Shown here one piece after another: positions 1 to 9,584 of a DNA stretch of 62,776 bases. Within the stretch, counting starts at the first letter, position 1. The number at the start of each line of letters is the position of its first letter. The DNA is from an uncultured Methanosarcinales archaeon (GTDB lineage Archaea; Nanobdellota; Nanobdellia; Woesearchaeales; GW2011-AR9). The stretch spans positions 1 to 62,776 of the forward strand of contig CAYIZT010000001.1 in NCBI GenBank assembly GCA_964368095.1, given 5' to 3'. The translations under genes were made by a program, and so were the position numbers. The notes beneath the pieces are model-generated. The model saw nothing but the letters and a program-made list of their open reading frames with translations. It was not told where the DNA came from and made no database searches.

Positions 1-154
1 GATCGAACCTGCGTAGGCACTAAGCCAATAGATGACTTACATAGAGTTTAGTCATTGCACTCTTTGAGCACTCATCACTCAAATGCCTTGAGTTTGGATT
101 TGTTTAGCATCGCACTAAACAAGCTATCCCGTTTGACCGCTCCGGCACGCCCGC
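1..154 (-). tRNA. Partial tRNA gene (class-II-like, Leu/Ser type) with a large insertion; the 3' end is outside the window
   Basis: The minus strand reads GCGGGCG-TG-CCG-GAGCGGTCAAA-CGG ... GGC-TTAGT-GCC ... GCAGG-TTCGATC and runs off the window start. This gives a 3-bp D stem with a GG loop, a long variable-arm hairpin and the start of the T arm. About 90 extra nt lie in the anticodon region. The anticodon and acceptor pairing could not be resolved. Confidence 0.4.
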
Positions 155-251
155 ATAAACTAATAGAAAAAATCACGGCTTATTATATAAAAGTTGCTCT
201 AAAAAGAGCAACACAGAAAATCTTTGATTTTCTTAATTAACTATAAAAGAA

Positions 252-749
252 TCACATATGCTTCAATCTGCTTTCAATCTCCCTCAGCTGTTCCTCTAAA
301 TCGTCTAATTCACTGCTTTCTTCCTGCTGTGGTTGAGGTTTTGGCATCGGCATCATCTTAGGCTTTGGTTTAGGTTCAGGCATGGGCTCTTCTTCCTCTT
401 CCTTCTCCAATATTTCTACTCTTTCTGCAGGTCTACTTACCAGGCCGGCTAACTTCCCTTTCGGCAAGAGTCTTCGCAACTTAGTATCTACTAAATTATT
501 TAGAACTTTCAGGTCATCTCTCAACTGCGCAAACACTGCAATTTTTTCTTCTTGGATCTTGCGGAAAGATTCGTATCCCTGCATAAATATGATTATTTCC
601 CTCAATCCTTCCAACAAATCTTTACGCACATTTTTTGGATCACTTACCTGGACCATCAGGTTAAGCCCTTTATCTTTAGATTCAGCAATCACGGGCCGTC
701 GGCTAGCTCTGCTGCTAGTTCTTACATGCCGTGAATGTTTCTTCTTCAT
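252..749 (-). CDS. Hypothetical coiled-coil protein with a Pro/Lys/Glu-rich C-terminal region
   Basis: 165-aa ORF, last gene of a tightly packed three-gene minus-strand operon. I recognise no family. Confidence 0.5.
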   Translation of the reverse strand: MKKKHSRHVRTSSRASRRPVIAESKDKGLNLMVQVSDPKNVRKDLLEGLREIIIFMQGYESFRKIQEEKIAVFAQLRDDLKVLNNLVDTKLRRLLPKGKLAGLVSRPAERVEILEKEEEEEPMPEPKPKPKMMPMPKPQPQQEESSELDDLEEQLREIESRLKHM

Positions 750-752
750 ACC

Positions 753-989
753 TTAGAATTCCTCTGGTTCATTTAATGATTGATTGATGAAATCTATTTT
801 CTTCTCTACTTCGGCGAGTGCGTTATGCCACATCTCTAATTGGTGGTCTTCCTCATTTTTTAAGTCGTTGATTTTCATCACGGTAGCTTTGGCATCTTCC
901 AATTTCTTACGGATCATCTTTACCAATTCAAGGACTTGTTCGTATTCTTCTATCTTAATAAAAACAGGCATTTTATCTGTCATATTCAA
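753..989 (-). CDS. Hypothetical small coiled-coil protein
   Basis: 78-aa ORF that overlaps the upstream gene by 4 nt. It shares the motif FIKIEEYEQVLELV with the C-terminal part of the 986..1492 protein (YVKVEVYQRILGEI). Confidence 0.5.
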   Translation of the reverse strand: MNMTDKMPVFIKIEEYEQVLELVKMIRKKLEDAKATVMKINDLKNEEDHQLEMWHNALAEVEKKIDFINQSLNEPEEF

Positions 990-1492
990 TCACCTTGCGA
1001 TTTAAACAATATTTTATCAGCTTGAAGCAGACCGTCATGCAGGGATTTCATTCCCCGGCGCAGTTTATTGAAATTATTTTCTTCGTTATATTCAGATTCA
1101 TCGATAGTTTTGTTGATTTGGTTAATTTCTGTAAATCCGTGCCTTAATTCATCTATCTCTCCCAGTATGCGCTGGTAAACTTCAACTTTAACATATAATT
1201 CATGTTTTGGCATAATTCCGGCAGAAACTGATTCTGAAGTGGCATATCTCGAAGGAGAAGGAAAACTTGACATGGGCGTCTCAGTGACTCTTTCTTCCGT
1301 GTGCATACTTTCTTCTTCATCTGGAAAAGCCATGGGCTTGGAAAATCCAACTGCTTCTTTGACTTTTTCCGGCTCAATCACTCTGTCAGAAGAATCTAAA
1401 TTAGGGAATTGTAATGCTTTTTCATCTATAGGCCTGCCTTGCGGAAAGGGAACTTTAGGCACTACTTTCTTGCGACCGAATAACCATCCCAT
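986..1492 (-). CDS. Hypothetical protein with an N-terminal amphipathic MGWLFGRKK and a C-terminal coiled coil
   Basis: 168-aa ORF, first gene of the operon. Its C-terminal half is paralogous to 753..989. Confidence 0.5.
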   Translation of the reverse strand: MGWLFGRKKVVPKVPFPQGRPIDEKALQFPNLDSSDRVIEPEKVKEAVGFSKPMAFPDEEESMHTEERVTETPMSSFPSPSRYATSESVSAGIMPKHELYVKVEVYQRILGEIDELRHGFTEINQINKTIDESEYNEENNFNKLRRGMKSLHDGLLQADKILFKSQGD

Positions 1493-1607
1493 ACTGCTCC
1501 TAAGTGAGAGGGCGTTTAAAAAGTTTGTTTAGTATTGGCCAATAGTAACTACATCATATCCTTTTAAGTTTAAGAATCTATATAAGAGGAGGCAAGACGG
1601 GACTTTT

Positions 1608-2981
1608 ATGAAGAAATCGCTCCTGATCATATTTTTTCTTTGCCTCAGCAGCGCCTTTGTAGCAGCAGAAGACCAGGAAAATAAAACCATGTCGCTAAAC
1701 ATCTCTCCCCATCTGGGCAAAATACTCTATCTTAACACCGAATACACTTCTCTATTCAAGCTGGAAATCAAAGACAAGAAGCCGTGTACCCCCAAGGATA
1801 CGGCCGAAGTTTTCTATAATATTTCCAAAAATGATGTTGCGGTGAAAGAGGGCTCATTTAGCAAGGAGATCGGCTGCACCTCTTCAGCCAGCACCGGCGA
1901 ATTTACTCCCTCAGAAACAGGAAACTATACTTTATGCGGAATGATCATCAATTCCAGCGTTTTTTTCTCTCAAAATTTATCTTGCCAAGAATTTGAAGTT
2001 ATCGATACTTCTAACCTCATCTGTGACATACAATTACAGCTAAAAGCTAACCAAACGCTCTTTTATGAAAATGGCCAATCTTTGGAATTCAAGCCGGAAC
2101 TTAACAACAAATCTTTTCCTTTTGTCATAGAGTATTGGATCGAAGATCTCTTTGGAGGCATAGCCAAACCAAAGATTAATACTACTAATACCAATGAAAA
2201 ATCATGGAAAACAAACATACAAGAACAGGATAGGGTATTGCTTCTCAAGGCAATTGTATATCCTTCTTGTGATGATATCAATATTTCTGACAATGCCGCA
2301 GAAAAAATGTTTATAGTGACGAAGGATGAAATAGAAACCTCTCCCTCCCAAACTGAAGAAACGGCTGCGGCCGAATCAGCGATCAGCATACTTAAGATTT
2401 CGCCTGAACTGGTTTCTTTTGGCGAAATACTTGATGCAGAATTGGAGATATACAAAGGTGCAACTGACAAGTATTCGGTTTCGGTATGGGTTGAGAAAAA
2501 AGGAAAGACGATAAGTGAAAAAACAAAAGTGCACCTGAAAAATAAAAATACCTTGTACAAATTCACTATACCTATCCTCATCGATTCCAACTGCAACCAG
2601 AAAATCAAAGATGGAGATGCCCAGTTGATAGTAGAAGGATTAGGGTTGCAGGAAGAAAAAGAATTTTCACTTGAAGGCATCAATGAAAAACTCTGTCCGG
2701 ACACTGGCAGTCTTAAAACAGAAAAATCAACTGCCAAAGAAGATATTGAGCAGCAGACAGAAAAAACAAAGGCCGTCAATCAGAGCATATCTTTATTTTC
2801 CCGGTCAAATGATCTTCAGCCTTCCTTGGACACAGAGAAGGCTCATGAAAAAGAAGTTGCCGGCTATGAGGGGATAGTGGTGTATGAATCGGTCTCTGAA
2901 AGATCTAAAAATCTGATCTCCTGGGTGCTTTTCATCGCCTTCGGATTGCTAAGTCTGGTGCTAATAATTAAGATAGGTTAA
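1608..2981 (+). CDS. Secreted or surface protein with a signal peptide and a C-terminal TM anchor
   Basis: 457 aa. The N-terminus MKKSLLIIFFLCLSSAFVAA is signal-like, several N-x-S/T sites are present, and the C-terminus WVLFIAFGLLSLVLII is hydrophobic. Confidence 0.55.
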   Translation: MKKSLLIIFFLCLSSAFVAAEDQENKTMSLNISPHLGKILYLNTEYTSLFKLEIKDKKPCTPKDTAEVFYNISKNDVAVKEGSFSKEIGCTSSASTGEFTPSETGNYTLCGMIINSSVFFSQNLSCQEFEVIDTSNLICDIQLQLKANQTLFYENGQSLEFKPELNNKSFPFVIEYWIEDLFGGIAKPKINTTNTNEKSWKTNIQEQDRVLLLKAIVYPSCDDINISDNAAEKMFIVTKDEIETSPSQTEETAAAESAISILKISPELVSFGEILDAELEIYKGATDKYSVSVWVEKKGKTISEKTKVHLKNKNTLYKFTIPILIDSNCNQKIKDGDAQLIVEGLGLQEEKEFSLEGINEKLCPDTGSLKTEKSTAKEDIEQQTEKTKAVNQSISLFSRSNDLQPSLDTEKAHEKEVAGYEGIVVYESVSERSKNLISWVLFIAFGLLSLVLIIKIG

Positions 2982-3081
2982 ATCCTAATTTAGAGTGCGA
3001 CTATTGTCGCTAACTTTTGATCAAACTTTTGGTAAAAGTTTGATAGGAAACACTTAAAAACCAACAAACTTTCTACGCGTT

Positions 3082-3678
3082 ATGGCAAAAAAGATTCTTT
3101 TTAGGGCTGTGGTGGAAGTATTGGGGAAACCGAAAGAACACATAGACTCCACTCTAAAAGGCTATATCCAGAAGCTTAGGGAAAACAGCCGCTACGAAGT
3201 GATTAAAGAAGAAGTGGCCGAACTCAAGCAGTACGAAGAAAGTGAATTATGGATGGCTTTTGCGGAACTTGAGATAAAGACTTTCGGAATTGCTGAGATA
3301 ATCGATTTCTGTTTTGATTATATGCCTTCCATGATAGAGATACTTGAACCGGAAGAATTGCAATTAGACAGTTTGGCAGTCTCTTCTTTCCTGAATGATA
3401 TGCAGGCGAAACTGCACGGCGTCGACATGATCGCCAAGCAGATGAAGATGGAGAATCAGCTGACCAACAACAGTCTTGCCAAACTGCTTAACAATTTTAT
3501 AATCATCCTGTTGCATGATCATAATCTTAGTTCAGAACAATTGAGCAAATTAACAGGGATGAAAATTGATATACTGGAAGATTACCTTGACAAAATGATC
3601 GATGAGGGAAAAGTTGATCTTAAAGAAGGCATATACTTCATCAAAAAGATAGAGGTAGAAAATGGAAGATCATCTTAA
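3082..3678 (+). CDS. Hypothetical protein, possibly with a C-terminal winged helix
   Basis: 198-aa ORF that overlaps the scpB start. No ScpA signature seen. Confidence 0.45.
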   Translation: MAKKILFRAVVEVLGKPKEHIDSTLKGYIQKLRENSRYEVIKEEVAELKQYEESELWMAFAELEIKTFGIAEIIDFCFDYMPSMIEILEPEELQLDSLAVSSFLNDMQAKLHGVDMIAKQMKMENQLTNNSLAKLLNNFIIILLHDHNLSSEQLSKLTGMKIDILEDYLDKMIDEGKVDLKEGIYFIKKIEVENGRSS

Positions 3679-4285
3679 GGAAATCGAAGCGGTACTATTT
3701 GCAGTCGGGAAAGAAATAAGCTCTGAACGTATCGCCAGCCTTTGTTCGATGGAAGTCAAGCAAGTAGAAGAAGCGATCAATGCCTTATCAGATAAATACG
3801 CGCAGATGAATAATTCTTTGCATATCGTCAAAAAAGAAAACGGCTGGAAATTGACCGTCCGTGACCAATATGTTCCGTTAGTAAGCAGCCTGGTCTCCAA
3901 TACGGAATTGGAAAGGCCGTTGATGGAAACGCTGGCAGTGATCGCCTGGCGTTATCCCGTCGTACAATCAGAAGTGGTTAAGCTGCGTAATGCCAAAGCG
4001 TATGATCATATGAAGCAGCTGGAAGAAATGGGATTTGTGGCAAAAGAAAAACATGGCCGCACTTTCAAAGTTAAACTCACCAAAAAATTCTTTGAATATT
4101 TTGATCTGCCCAGCGAAGAAGCTAAACAGGCTTTCCTGAAACATGTCTCCTCTGAAGTTTTGAAAGAAGCAGAAGACGTAGATAAGGAAGCAGATGAAGT
4201 GGAACGCCTGAATGAGTTACAGGGAAAAGAATTAGAAGGCAAGGACGAGATCAGCAAGGCTATGGGCGAAGCGAAACAGAAGTGA
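3662..4285 (+). CDS. scpB: Segregation and condensation protein B (ScpB)
   Basis: IEAVLFAVGKEISSERIA...LHIVKKENGWKL...RPLMETLAVIAWRYPVVQSEV matches the tandem winged-helix pattern of ScpB. Confidence 0.7.
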   Translation: MEDHLKEIEAVLFAVGKEISSERIASLCSMEVKQVEEAINALSDKYAQMNNSLHIVKKENGWKLTVRDQYVPLVSSLVSNTELERPLMETLAVIAWRYPVVQSEVVKLRNAKAYDHMKQLEEMGFVAKEKHGRTFKVKLTKKFFEYFDLPSEEAKQAFLKHVSSEVLKEAEDVDKEADEVERLNELQGKELEGKDEISKAMGEAKQK

Positions 4286-4497
4286 TTTTGTATAACTCCT
4301 ATTTTGACACAGGTTTAAAATAATTTCTTGATTTCAAGCTAAAAGAGATGATTGATTATTTTTTGGACAGGGAAGAATAAAACTACTTTTTTACCACAAT
4401 ATTTATAAAGCCTCCTCCTCTCAAATTTCTATAGTTTTATCGACGATAAAATATATTTTCATCAATCCCAAAAAGAAGCCAAAAATCAGACTTAAAA

Positions 4498-6969
4498 ATG
4501 ACCCCTACCGAAGCAGAAAATCCGGCGGAAAACAGTTCTAAAATAGTCCACCGCCTGATTGAAGAGGAGATGAAGGAAGCGTATGTAAATTATGCCATGT
4601 CAGTCATCGTGGGCAGGGCTCTTCCTGACGTCCGCGACGGCCTTAAACCAGTGCATCGGCGTATCCTCTATGCCATGTACGACATGGGCATGTTTCATAA
4701 CAAACCTTTCAAAAAGTGCGCCAGGATCGTGGGAGAAGTGCTGGGTAAATACCACCCTCATGGCGATACTGCAGTCTACGATTCCTTGGTCCGTATGGCT
4801 CAAGACTTCTCGTTACGCTATACTCTTATCAAGGGTCAGGGTAACTTCGGAAGTATTGATGGTGATAATGCTGCAGCAATGAGGTATACCGAAGCCAAGC
4901 TCAATAAACTGGCCGAAGAGATGCTCAAGGACATCGAGAAAAATACAGTCGAATTCAAGGATAATTTTGACGGCTCATTGAAAGAGCCGCAGGTGCTGCC
5001 CAGCCGGATACCTAATCTTCTGGTGAATGGTTCATCTGGAATAGCAGTAGGTATGGCTACTAACGTGCCGCCACACAATCTAAAGGAAGTATGCAGTGCC
5101 CTGGTAGCTTTAATCGATAATCCCACTATAAATCTTCAGCAATTGATGGCCATCATCCCTGCTCCTGATTTTCCTACCGGGGGCGAGCTGTTATGCGGCG
5201 GGGAGCTTCTTCATGCTTATGAAAAGGGACGCGGTAAAGTCATAATCAAGGCGGTTACGGAAATCGAAGATGATAAGATCGTGGTTAAGGAAATACCTTA
5301 TCAGGTCAATAAATCAGAATTGATCGAACAGATCGCCGAACTGGTCCGCGATAAAAAAATTCTTGGGATCCGCGATATCAACGATGAATCAGACCGCGAC
5401 GGAATAAGGATCGTCATAAGCCTGAAGAAGGATGCTAACGCCAATGTTGTTCTAAATCAACTGCACCAATACAGCAGGCTGACTTCTTCGTTTGGCATCA
5501 ATCTTCTTGCCCTAGTCAATGGGGAACCTAAAACTCTAAGCTTGCGAGAGTTGCTGCAATATCATTTAAACCATCGTAAAGATGTCATCATCAAGCGCAC
5601 CCAATATGATCTGGAACAAGCACAGCAGCGTGTGCATATCTTGGAAGGATTGCTGGTCGCATTGGACAATGTAGATGAAGTAGTTGCCGGCATAAAGAGA
5701 TCTAGGACTATCGAAGATGCGCGGAAATTTTTGACTGCGACATATTCTTTGACCGCAGAACAAGCCAACGCCATCCTGGAACTGCGTCTGCAGAAATTAG
5801 CATCCTTAGAACAGGAAAAGATCCGCAGCGAACATACTGACCTATTGCAGAAAATTATTTTTTATCAGGAAATCCTCGGTTCTGAACAGAAAGTATTCGG
5901 CTTGATCAAAGAAGAATTAGAAGAAATAAAGGCCGCTTATGGGGACGAGCGTCGTTCTCAAGTCGTACAGGGAGAATACGCAGACGTTGATATGGAAGAG
6001 CTGATCAAGGAGGAAACTGTAGTTGTTACAATGACCAATTCCGGATATGTAAAACGTCTTCCTACTGATACTTACAAGACCCAGAAGCGCGGCGGCAAAG
6101 GTGTCATCGCAGCCGGCATGAAAGAAGAAGACTTTGTTGAAAATTTATACGTTACTTCCACGCACGCTTATATGTTATTCTTTACCGACAAAGGCCAGTT
6201 ATATTGGCTGAAAGTTTACCATATTCCTGAAGCCAGCCGTCAGGCCAAAGGTCAGCACATAGCTAACCTGATAGAGAAGTCGGGTGATGAAAAAGTGACT
6301 GCTATCATCCCTGTACTTGATTTTAAGGAAGGATACTTATTCATGGCTACTAAGAACGGAACGGTCAAGAAAACAGAGTTACAGGAATTCTCACGTCCGC
6401 GGAAAGGCGGCATCAGGGCAATAGGCATAGAGGAAGGAGATATGCTGGTAGGCGTGAAGTACACCACCGGCGATAAAGAGATGATTTTAGCCACCAAGGA
6501 AGGTTCTGCTAACCGTTTCAATGAAAAGGATGTCCGTTCCATGGGCCGTGCCGCTTCCGGTGTCAGAGGGATACGTCTTGATGAGAACGATGAAGTGATC
6601 GGCATGCTGGCAGCTGACGAGAACATGGACATTTTGACCATGACTGAAAAAGGATATGGAAAAAGAACACCCGTCTCAGAATATCGCCTTTGTAACAGGG
6701 GCGGCAAAGGAGTTACCAATATCAAGATCACGGATAAAAATGGGCCGGTCAAAGCGGTAATGCTGGTAGATGGCAAGGAAGAGATCATGCTGGTGTCAAA
6801 ACAAGGCAACGGTATACGTGTAAAATGTTCCGATATATCTGTCATCGGCAGGGCCACGCAAGGTGTACGAGTGATGCGCTTGGAAGAAGGAGATTCTTTA
6901 GCCGCCGCTGCGAAGATCGTGGTTGATGATGAGGAAGAAGTAAAATCTTCAGAGCAGATACAGCCATGA
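4498..6969 (+). CDS. gyrA: DNA gyrase subunit A
   Basis: 823 aa. Contains YAMSVIVGRALPDVRDGLKPVHRRILY, GKYHPHGD and the AAMRYTE active-site Tyr region. The C-terminal beta-pinwheel repeats include a QKRGGKG GyrA box. Confidence 0.95.
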   Translation: MTPTEAENPAENSSKIVHRLIEEEMKEAYVNYAMSVIVGRALPDVRDGLKPVHRRILYAMYDMGMFHNKPFKKCARIVGEVLGKYHPHGDTAVYDSLVRMAQDFSLRYTLIKGQGNFGSIDGDNAAAMRYTEAKLNKLAEEMLKDIEKNTVEFKDNFDGSLKEPQVLPSRIPNLLVNGSSGIAVGMATNVPPHNLKEVCSALVALIDNPTINLQQLMAIIPAPDFPTGGELLCGGELLHAYEKGRGKVIIKAVTEIEDDKIVVKEIPYQVNKSELIEQIAELVRDKKILGIRDINDESDRDGIRIVISLKKDANANVVLNQLHQYSRLTSSFGINLLALVNGEPKTLSLRELLQYHLNHRKDVIIKRTQYDLEQAQQRVHILEGLLVALDNVDEVVAGIKRSRTIEDARKFLTATYSLTAEQANAILELRLQKLASLEQEKIRSEHTDLLQKIIFYQEILGSEQKVFGLIKEELEEIKAAYGDERRSQVVQGEYADVDMEELIKEETVVVTMTNSGYVKRLPTDTYKTQKRGGKGVIAAGMKEEDFVENLYVTSTHAYMLFFTDKGQLYWLKVYHIPEASRQAKGQHIANLIEKSGDEKVTAIIPVLDFKEGYLFMATKNGTVKKTELQEFSRPRKGGIRAIGIEEGDMLVGVKYTTGDKEMILATKEGSANRFNEKDVRSMGRAASGVRGIRLDENDEVIGMLAADENMDILTMTEKGYGKRTPVSEYRLCNRGGKGVTNIKITDKNGPVKAVMLVDGKEEIMLVSKQGNGIRVKCSDISVIGRATQGVRVMRLEEGDSLAAAAKIVVDDEEEVKSSEQIQP

Positions 6970-8033
6970 AATTTGTTGCCATAGTCAACCCGGGAATGCA
7001 GGAACTTTGCCAGCAGGAAATAAAAGAGCTGATCGGAGTTTCCGGAAAAGCATTTCCTCATACAGTTGAATTTGATGCTTCTCTTGAACAGGGGCTGATT
7101 ATACTTTATCACGGCCAATCACCGCGCCGGCTTATCGTTTCTCTGGGAAAATACAAAAATATTGATGAGATAGATTTCAATTCTGTGGATTGGAAAAATT
7201 TCGTTTCTAATTCCTCTTTTAAGGTGGAAGTGGAAAATGTCAAGGGAATTGAGAATCGTTTAGCTTTTGCTAAAAAAGTGGCAGGTAAAGTATTTGCGTC
7301 AGTGGAAAAACAAAAGCTGGCTCTGAGTATCGACTTAAAAAAACCTGATTTTTTATTCCTGGTCTATTTTAATGGAAAAGAATATTATCTGGGCATAGAT
7401 GTAGCTGGACAGGAATTACATTCCCGCGCTTATCGGGTGTTTACCCACTCTGCTTCATGTAAAGGGGATCTAGGATATTACTTTGCCAGGAAAACCGGGT
7501 ATAAGGCAGGTAATAGTATGTTGATCGGATTTGTCAAAGATGGTGTCATCGCTATCGAAACAGCTTTATTTGCAAGCAGGATGCCCATCCAATCCAGCAG
7601 GAATACTTTTTCATATCAGAAGCTTCCCATGTTTGATTCTATCAAATATAAAGCTCTGGCTCCTGATACTTCAGTTTCCGTCGCTGCAATCGATGAAGGC
7701 ACCCAGAACATTACTGCCGCGAGGAAGAATGCACATATCGCCGGTGTACGTTCATTCATCAATATGCAAAAGATCATTTTGGACGAATTAAGCGGCGCTT
7801 TCCATGAACATGAGTTTGATCAGGTCATGTTTCAGGTAACTACAAAAGATGAAGACAAGCTCAACGAAATATATCATCAAGTAAAATATTTATTAAAACC
7901 AAAAGGAACATTGCTTTTGATAGGAAGAGAAAGTTGGACCATATCTGTCCCCAGTTTTTGCAAGCTGGTTTCCGAGGAAGTGCTGGAACGCGGGGAAAAT
8001 AAGTATAAGCTTTGGCTGATGCAGAAAAAGTGA
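6966..8033 (+). CDS. THUMP/RNA-methyltransferase-like protein with degenerate SAM-binding motifs
   Basis: 355 aa. The N-terminal region resembles Trm14/RlmL-type THUMP proteins, and AAIDEGTQNITAARKNAHIAGV resembles motif II/III. The expected GxGxG and NPPY-like motifs are not intact. Confidence 0.4.
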   Translation: MKFVAIVNPGMQELCQQEIKELIGVSGKAFPHTVEFDASLEQGLIILYHGQSPRRLIVSLGKYKNIDEIDFNSVDWKNFVSNSSFKVEVENVKGIENRLAFAKKVAGKVFASVEKQKLALSIDLKKPDFLFLVYFNGKEYYLGIDVAGQELHSRAYRVFTHSASCKGDLGYYFARKTGYKAGNSMLIGFVKDGVIAIETALFASRMPIQSSRNTFSYQKLPMFDSIKYKALAPDTSVSVAAIDEGTQNITAARKNAHIAGVRSFINMQKIILDELSGAFHEHEFDQVMFQVTTKDEDKLNEIYHQVKYLLKPKGTLLLIGRESWTISVPSFCKLVSEEVLERGENKYKLWLMQKK

Positions 8034-8119
8034 ATGTTTTAAATAGATAAGGAAAAAATAGTTTTTCTATCCATACTTCAAGCGCAGATTTTATATACCT
8101 CTTTAACTTAATCTCCATA

Positions 8120-8851
8120 ATGGTACGAGGCGAAGAATTACGCTCCAGGATTAAGGACTATTTCTCATTTGAAAAACAAGAATTATCTATTCTCATCCCT
8201 GCGATCTTTCTTACTGCTTTCATGTTTTCCTTCCGTGACTGGGGTGAAGAGAATTTCCAGTTTTGGCAGGGGTTAGGGAATTTGATCACTGTAAGCATCA
8301 TTGTTGCGATATCATTCTTTGTCCGCTTTTCCTGGCAGAAGATCTATGCTTTGAAAGAAGGTTATTTAGCGCAATTTAAAGGATGGTGGGCAGGGATCCT
8401 GATAGCTTTAGTACTCACTTTATTGACCAACGGCCGAGTTCCGCTTGTTTTGATCGGCGGGGTTGTCTCTTCTTTTATGATCAGGCAGCGCCTGGGAGAA
8501 TTCAGATACGGCCATTCTTACCTTGACAACGCTAGGATCTCTTACCATGGCATAATCGCAAATATTCATCTAGCACTCTTGTTTTCACTTGGCTTGTATT
8601 TTTTTCCTGACAGTTACTTTTTTACCCAAGGGATGATATTAAATTGGGTTATGGCGTTGTGTGCTTGTTTTCCTTTGCCGCAGTTAGATGGATTGAACAT
8701 TTATTTTGGATCCCGTGTCCTTTATTTCTTCACTCTGGCCATCGTCGCTGTTTTTGGAATATTGTTATTGACCCAAACTCAGATAGGCTTAATACTTGCT
8801 ATTTCCATCATTTCCATAGGAGATATAATTACAATGTTGATCGGAGCATAA
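8120..8851 (+). CDS. Polytopic membrane protein
   Basis: 243 aa with about 6 hydrophobic segments. No catalytic motif recognised. Confidence 0.5.
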   Translation: MVRGEELRSRIKDYFSFEKQELSILIPAIFLTAFMFSFRDWGEENFQFWQGLGNLITVSIIVAISFFVRFSWQKIYALKEGYLAQFKGWWAGILIALVLTLLTNGRVPLVLIGGVVSSFMIRQRLGEFRYGHSYLDNARISYHGIIANIHLALLFSLGLYFFPDSYFFTQGMILNWVMALCACFPLPQLDGLNIYFGSRVLYFFTLAIVAVFGILLLTQTQIGLILAISIISIGDIITMLIGA

Positions 8852-8852
8852 A

Positions 8853-9200
8853 ATGACAGAATTTAAATTACAATACCAATGGCCGGAACTTTTAGCTTTA
8901 TGCTTCACCTTGTTAGGTTTTTTTATTTCCATATTTATCTCTCAGCCAGGCTTAAGTTATTTTTCTGTCTTTGTTTCGGGCCTTCTTGCCGCAAGACTAT
9001 ATTTTAGCCAGCGGTATAAGCAGCCGATCCTCCCTTCAGTTTTGATAATTCTCGGGTTTCTGGTAGGTTATGTTGCCGGAAGCTTTTGGGTAAGCAGGTT
9101 CTGGACGGTTATATTTTTCTTATGCGGGTTTTTCTTATCTTACTATATGCATGTAAAAGGAATTATAGCAAGCTTTAAAAGTAAGGGCTTTATCAAATAA
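8853..9200 (+). CDS. Small membrane protein
   Basis: 115 aa with 3-4 hydrophobic helices. It starts 2 nt after the stop of the upstream gene. Confidence 0.5.
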   Translation: MTEFKLQYQWPELLALCFTLLGFFISIFISQPGLSYFSVFVSGLLAARLYFSQRYKQPILPSVLIILGFLVGYVAGSFWVSRFWTVIFFLCGFFLSYYMHVKGIIASFKSKGFIK

Positions 9201-9203
9201 CCT

Positions 9204-9515
9204 ATGAAAGGAAAGCTCCAAAAATATACTGCAAAAAGCGTAGTAGTGAGCAGGAAGCCTTCTCATAAAAATGAAGAAGACTGGCATGCCTTTATCGGTT
9301 TCTTTGAAGAAAATAATCCTCATCTGAAAGGCAAGGTGCCCCGGGAAGTGGTGGAAATTCCACACGTAGAAAAAGTAAGGATTCGCGACCTTCGAAATGT
9401 TTCCTATTATTTGATGGGCAACGATATTGTGATAAATAATCTGGAAGAAGTTACTATCGATTATGAAGGCGGAGTAGTTACCTTGACCGGAAAACAGAAT
9501 CTGCCTAAAAAGTAA
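9204..9515 (+). CDS. Hypothetical protein
   Basis: 103-aa ORF in the same operon-like string. Confidence 0.4.
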   Translation: MKGKLQKYTAKSVVVSRKPSHKNEEDWHAFIGFFEENNPHLKGKVPREVVEIPHVEKVRIRDLRNVSYYLMGNDIVINNLEEVTIDYEGGVVTLTGKQNLPKK

Positions 9516-9584
9516 ATCAATCTATACATTTAAAGGGCTGGATACTCCGCACTTTCATGACATTTCTGATCCGTCTCTTTGACT

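Noticed and set aside
55-240. 61-aa ORF at the window start
   Set aside because: It overlaps the partial tRNA-like structure on the opposite strand and has no coding signal.
3082-3678. ScpA (kleisin) partner upstream of scpB
   Set aside because: The position suggests it, but the 198-aa product lacks the N-terminal ScpA signature and is shorter than typical ScpA. It is left as hypothetical.
6252-7118. 288-aa minus-strand ORF, plus several 60-100-aa ORFs inside gyrA
   Set aside because: They are antisense to a strongly supported gyrA frame, their composition is low-complexity and Ser-rich, and they have no motif. They are typical shadow ORFs.
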